From Candidatus Chisholmbacteria bacterium (GTDB taxonomy: Bacteria; Patescibacteriota; Microgenomatia; UBA1400; Chisholmbacteraceae), in contig CAVPHZ010000002.1 in the NCBI GenBank assembly GCA_963704905.1, positions 139,011-203,010 of the forward strand: DNA of 64,000 bases. Reading direction: 5' to 3'. Under the pieces are notes generated by a model. It worked only from the letters and a program-made list of their open reading frames with translations, was not told the DNA's origin and did not search any database. Shown one piece after another: positions 60,580 to 64,000 of this stretch (the first letter of the stretch is position 1; each line of letters opens with the position of its first letter). The position numbers and the translations under genes were made by a program.

Positions 60580-62889
60580 ATGGAAAATCTGCCCCATGTA
60601 GTACCTTTCAACCAAGTCGATAGCGATGATGTCAACTTAGTTGGAGGTAAAGGTGCCAATCTTGGTGAAATGACCAAGGCCGGCTTTCCGGTTCCCAGCG
60701 GTTTCATTGTTACATCTCCAGCCTATTTTTACGTGCTGGATGAAAACAACCTCCGTCCGAAAATTAAGGATGCATTGGTTGGGCTCAATGTCCAAAATTC
60801 GAAGGCTTTAAAAATTTCCAGCCGCAAAATCAAGCGACTGATCTCCCACGCAGAAATTCCGGATGACTTAGCTAAAGAAATAATCACTCACTACAGATCA
60901 CTTGAGAGAAAAACAAGAGAGCCTTGGGTAGCCATCCGCTCATCAGCCACTGCCGAAGATCTTCCCGTAGCATCTTTCGCTGGCCAGCAGGAAACCTTTC
61001 TCAATATCAAAGGTACAGCCAATGTTGTCCATACCGTTCGCAGAGCCTGGGCTTCACTCTTTGAACCACGCGCCATATTTTACCGCCAGGAAAAAGGATT
61101 CGATCATCTGAAAGTAGGAATCGCAGTACCGGTGCAAAAGATGATCCAATCCGATGTCTCAGGAGTCATGTTTACAGTTGATCCAATATCTGAAGACAAA
61201 GACCGCTTAGTTATTGAAGCAGTTTGGGGTTTGGGAGAAATGATCGTTCAAGGAGCAGTTACTCCAGACAGGTATCTGGTTGAAAAGAATAAAGTAACAA
61301 TTCTGCAAAAGATCAACAACGATCAGACTATTGAGTTAAAAAGGGTCGGACGTAAAAATAAAAAGATCCACGTTGCAGAGCAAAAACAAAAAAAGCTAAA
61401 ACTTACCGATGAGCAAATTGTTAGAGTAGCAAAACTTGGCAATGCTGTGCATCAACATTATTTCTATCCACAAGATATCGAATGGGCTCTTGAAAACGGT
61501 CATCTCTACCTCCTTCAAACGAGACCAATCACCACGTTGGATACAGAGAAGAAAAAAAAGACAAAGATAATAATTGACGGTGCAACATTTACCAAGAACT
61601 TAAAAATAATATTAAATGGTGATCCGGCTTCACCGGGTATTCATAGCGGAAGAGTGCGTATTATTCATTCAGCCAAAGAAATCTCAAAAGTAAAAACCGG
61701 AGATGTGTTAGTCACTGAGATGACAACTCCAGATTTTGTTCCGGTAATGCGTAGAGTTGTCGCCATTGTTACTGATAGAGGTGGGCAAACCTCACATGCC
61801 GCTATTGTCAGCCGCGAACTTGGAATTACCTGTGTCGTAGGGACCAAACAGGCAACCAAAAAGCTTAAAAACGGACACATGATAACAGTAAACGGGAAAA
61901 CAGGGGAAATCTTTGCAGGCTCACTCCCACCAAGAAAACTCAATCAAATCGAAAGCGTACAAACAGCAAGTAGACTTCAATCATCCAGAAAAACCGCTAC
62001 AAAAATCTATGTCAACCTAGCTGAACCAGATAGAGCCCACGATCTGGCTTCCAGGAATGTTGATGGAATTGGTCTACTTCGAGCCGAGTTTATGATTGCT
62101 CAAATAGGCATCCATCCGAAGAAGCTGCTTCAAGATAAGAAACGCAATGTGTTTGTGCGTAAGCTTGCTGATGGACTTGAAACGTTTTGCCGTGCTTTCG
62201 ATCCGAGACCTGTCGTGTATAGAACTACAGATTTTAAGACCAATGAGTATAGAAATCTCATCGGTGGAAAAAATTATGAACCCGAGGAAGAAAATCCACT
62301 CATTGGTTATCGTGGAGCCTACCGATATGTTTCAGATGAGACAGTTTTCGATATGGAGCTCGATGCGATTAAACGGGTTCGAAATAAAGGAGGATATAAG
62401 AATTTATGGATGATGGTACCGTTTGTGAGAAACGTTCCAGAGTTCGAAAAAGTAAAACGTATCATTGCCTCAAAGGGTTTAGTGCGTTCAGCAACCTTTA
62501 AACTCTGGATGATGGTAGAAATTCCCTCCAATGTCATTTTGCTTGATGATTTCATCGATGTTGGTATCGATGGGGTATCAATAGGAACAAACGATCTGAC
62601 AATGTTGACACTTGGGGTGGACCGAGACAACCAGGAAATCTCCCAAGATTTCGATGAAAGAAACCCAGCCATGCTTTGGTCCCTTAAGCGGATCATTACC
62701 ACTGCATCCAAGAGGGGAATTACCAGTTCAGTATGCGGACAAGCGCCATCGTCGTATCCTGATCTCACGCAAAAACTTGTAGAATGGGGTATCACAAGCG
62801 TCTCAGTAAGTCCAGATGTCATAGACGCAACTAGAGAAATCATCTATCATTCAGAAATACGCATGCTAAACAGGAAAAAACGCTTGTAA
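60580..62889 (+). CDS. ppsA: Phosphoenolpyruvate synthase
   Basis: VGGKGANLGEM, RSSATAED...SFAGQQET, GGQTSHAAIVSRE, SIGTNDLT. Confidence 0.96.
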   Translation: MENLPHVVPFNQVDSDDVNLVGGKGANLGEMTKAGFPVPSGFIVTSPAYFYVLDENNLRPKIKDALVGLNVQNSKALKISSRKIKRLISHAEIPDDLAKEIITHYRSLERKTREPWVAIRSSATAEDLPVASFAGQQETFLNIKGTANVVHTVRRAWASLFEPRAIFYRQEKGFDHLKVGIAVPVQKMIQSDVSGVMFTVDPISEDKDRLVIEAVWGLGEMIVQGAVTPDRYLVEKNKVTILQKINNDQTIELKRVGRKNKKIHVAEQKQKKLKLTDEQIVRVAKLGNAVHQHYFYPQDIEWALENGHLYLLQTRPITTLDTEKKKKTKIIIDGATFTKNLKIILNGDPASPGIHSGRVRIIHSAKEISKVKTGDVLVTEMTTPDFVPVMRRVVAIVTDRGGQTSHAAIVSRELGITCVVGTKQATKKLKNGHMITVNGKTGEIFAGSLPPRKLNQIESVQTASRLQSSRKTATKIYVNLAEPDRAHDLASRNVDGIGLLRAEFMIAQIGIHPKKLLQDKKRNVFVRKLADGLETFCRAFDPRPVVYRTTDFKTNEYRNLIGGKNYEPEEENPLIGYRGAYRYVSDETVFDMELDAIKRVRNKGGYKNLWMMVPFVRNVPEFEKVKRIIASKGLVRSATFKLWMMVEIPSNVILLDDFIDVGIDGVSIGTNDLTMLTLGVDRDNQEISQDFDERNPAMLWSLKRIITTASKRGITSSVCGQAPSSYPDLTQKLVEWGITSVSVSPDVIDATREIIYHSEIRMLNRKKRL

Positions 62890-62919
62890 TTTAAGTGTTT
62901 TGCCATTACAATTTTTACT

Positions 62920-64000
62920 ATGGCACAAATAACATCAGTCAAAGCAAGAGAAATTCTAGACTCAAGAGGAATACCCACGGTTGAAACCACCCTCACCTTG
63001 GATGAAACGCCACCAGTTACCGCCTCAGCCCCTTCAGGGACGTCAACAGGTACCTATGAAGCGGTGGAGATACGCGATGAAGATCCAAAGAGATATCAAG
63101 GAAGAGGTGTGCTCCAGGCAGTCAAAAATGTCGATGAGATCATCGCCCCAAAGCTCATCGGGAAAGATCCAACCCATCAAACAGAAATCGATCAGATGAT
63201 GGTTGACCTTGACGGTACCAAGAATAAATCCCGAATCGGAGCCAATGCGATTCTCTCAGTATCTGTTGCCGTATGTAAGGCTGGTGCACAAGTGTACAAC
63301 ATGGAAACCTACGACTACATCAAGTCAAAATATCGTCTTGCCGAAGATCCTCTCAATATTCCAACACCGATCTTCAATGTCATTAACGGTGGTAAACATG
63401 GCGCAGGCAATCTAGATTTTCAGGAGTTCCACGTGATTCCATCAACGAGGATGGCATTTTCAAAAGCTCTTCAAGCTGGGCAGGAGGTATATCACACGAT
63501 TGAAACCGTATTAAAAAAGCACGGAGCCATTCATAGTGTTGGAGTCGAAGGTGGATTTGCGCCAAACTTGTATAAGAATTCAGATGCGCTGGAACTCATT
63601 GTGGAAGCAATTCGAAACACTGACTTTAAGTACGGGGAGGATGTCTTTCTCGGTCTTGATGTCGCTGCATCTAATTTCTTCAAAGGAGGCAAGTACAGAA
63701 TTAAAGATCAAAAAGACCCACTGACAACCAAAGAATTCATCGACTACTACAAAGCGTTAAATGAAGAATATCGTCTCTATTCCCTCGAAGATCCTCTCAA
63801 CGAAGACGACTGGCAAGCCTGGAGAGAGTTGTCCGCAGAACTCGGTTCCAACACCGTTATCGTCGGAGACGATCTCCTCACGTCCAACCGTGAGCGGACT
63901 GAAAAAGCCATCATTGAAAAGGCATGTACAGCCATATTAGCCAAACCGAATCAAATCGGAACTATCTCTCAAACCGTTGAAGTCATTACTATTGCCAAGC
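62920..64000 (+). CDS. eno: Enolase (3' end runs off the window)
   Basis: Manual translation: MAQITSVKAREILDSRGIPTVE, PSGTSTG, GANAIL, NVINGGKH, QEF, GGFAP, LEDP, VGDDL. Confidence 0.95.
   Translation, partial: MAQITSVKAREILDSRGIPTVETTLTLDETPPVTASAPSGTSTGTYEAVEIRDEDPKRYQGRGVLQAVKNVDEIIAPKLIGKDPTHQTEIDQMMVDLDGTKNKSRIGANAILSVSVAVCKAGAQVYNMETYDYIKSKYRLAEDPLNIPTPIFNVINGGKHGAGNLDFQEFHVIPSTRMAFSKALQAGQEVYHTIETVLKKHGAIHSVGVEGGFAPNLYKNSDALELIVEAIRNTDFKYGEDVFLGLDVAASNFFKGGKYRIKDQKDPLTTKEFIDYYKALNEEYRLYSLEDPLNEDDWQAWRELSAELGSNTVIVGDDLLTSNRERTEKAIIEKACTAILAKPNQIGTISQTVEVITIAK

Noticed and set aside
62981-63724. Several short ORFs in the track near the window end
   Set aside because: Out-of-frame or antisense shadows of the enolase gene, which runs off the window.

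Overview
Chromosomal core region of a bacterium using the standard code 11. Gene content, sparse Shine-Dalgarno sites and many apparently leaderless promoters suggest Patescibacteria/CPR, Microgenomates-like (inference). In order: lepB (partial), tRNA-Val, a ~12 kb cell-surface glycan locus, tRNA-Thr/Gly/Asp, polX-lemA-htpX, a CIRCE-preceded clpB (frameshifted, no N-domain), gatCAB, dnaE, pyrG, rplS, transketolase, envelope proteins, and tRNA-Lys/Glu. Next is a small plastic region with tRNA-Glu relics and two RRM genes (one decayed), then an F1Fo ATP synthase operon with an inserted CBS gene, ruvCAB, a SRAP/Y-family polymerase cassette, and a sugar-phosphate/gluconeogenesis cluster ending in a partial eno. 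The strongest finding is an apparently complete ribosome-mediated transcription attenuator directly upstream of gatCAB. It has a leaderless 15-aa peptide (MNESRTFNQQNQQEK) with six consecutive Asn/Gln codons and mutually exclusive 1:2, 2:3 and 3:4 hairpins, so the transamidase operon would sense its own products, Asn-tRNA and Gln-tRNA. A second attenuator-like leader lies ~450 bp upstream. All calls come from reading the sequence and motifs; no database searches were run.
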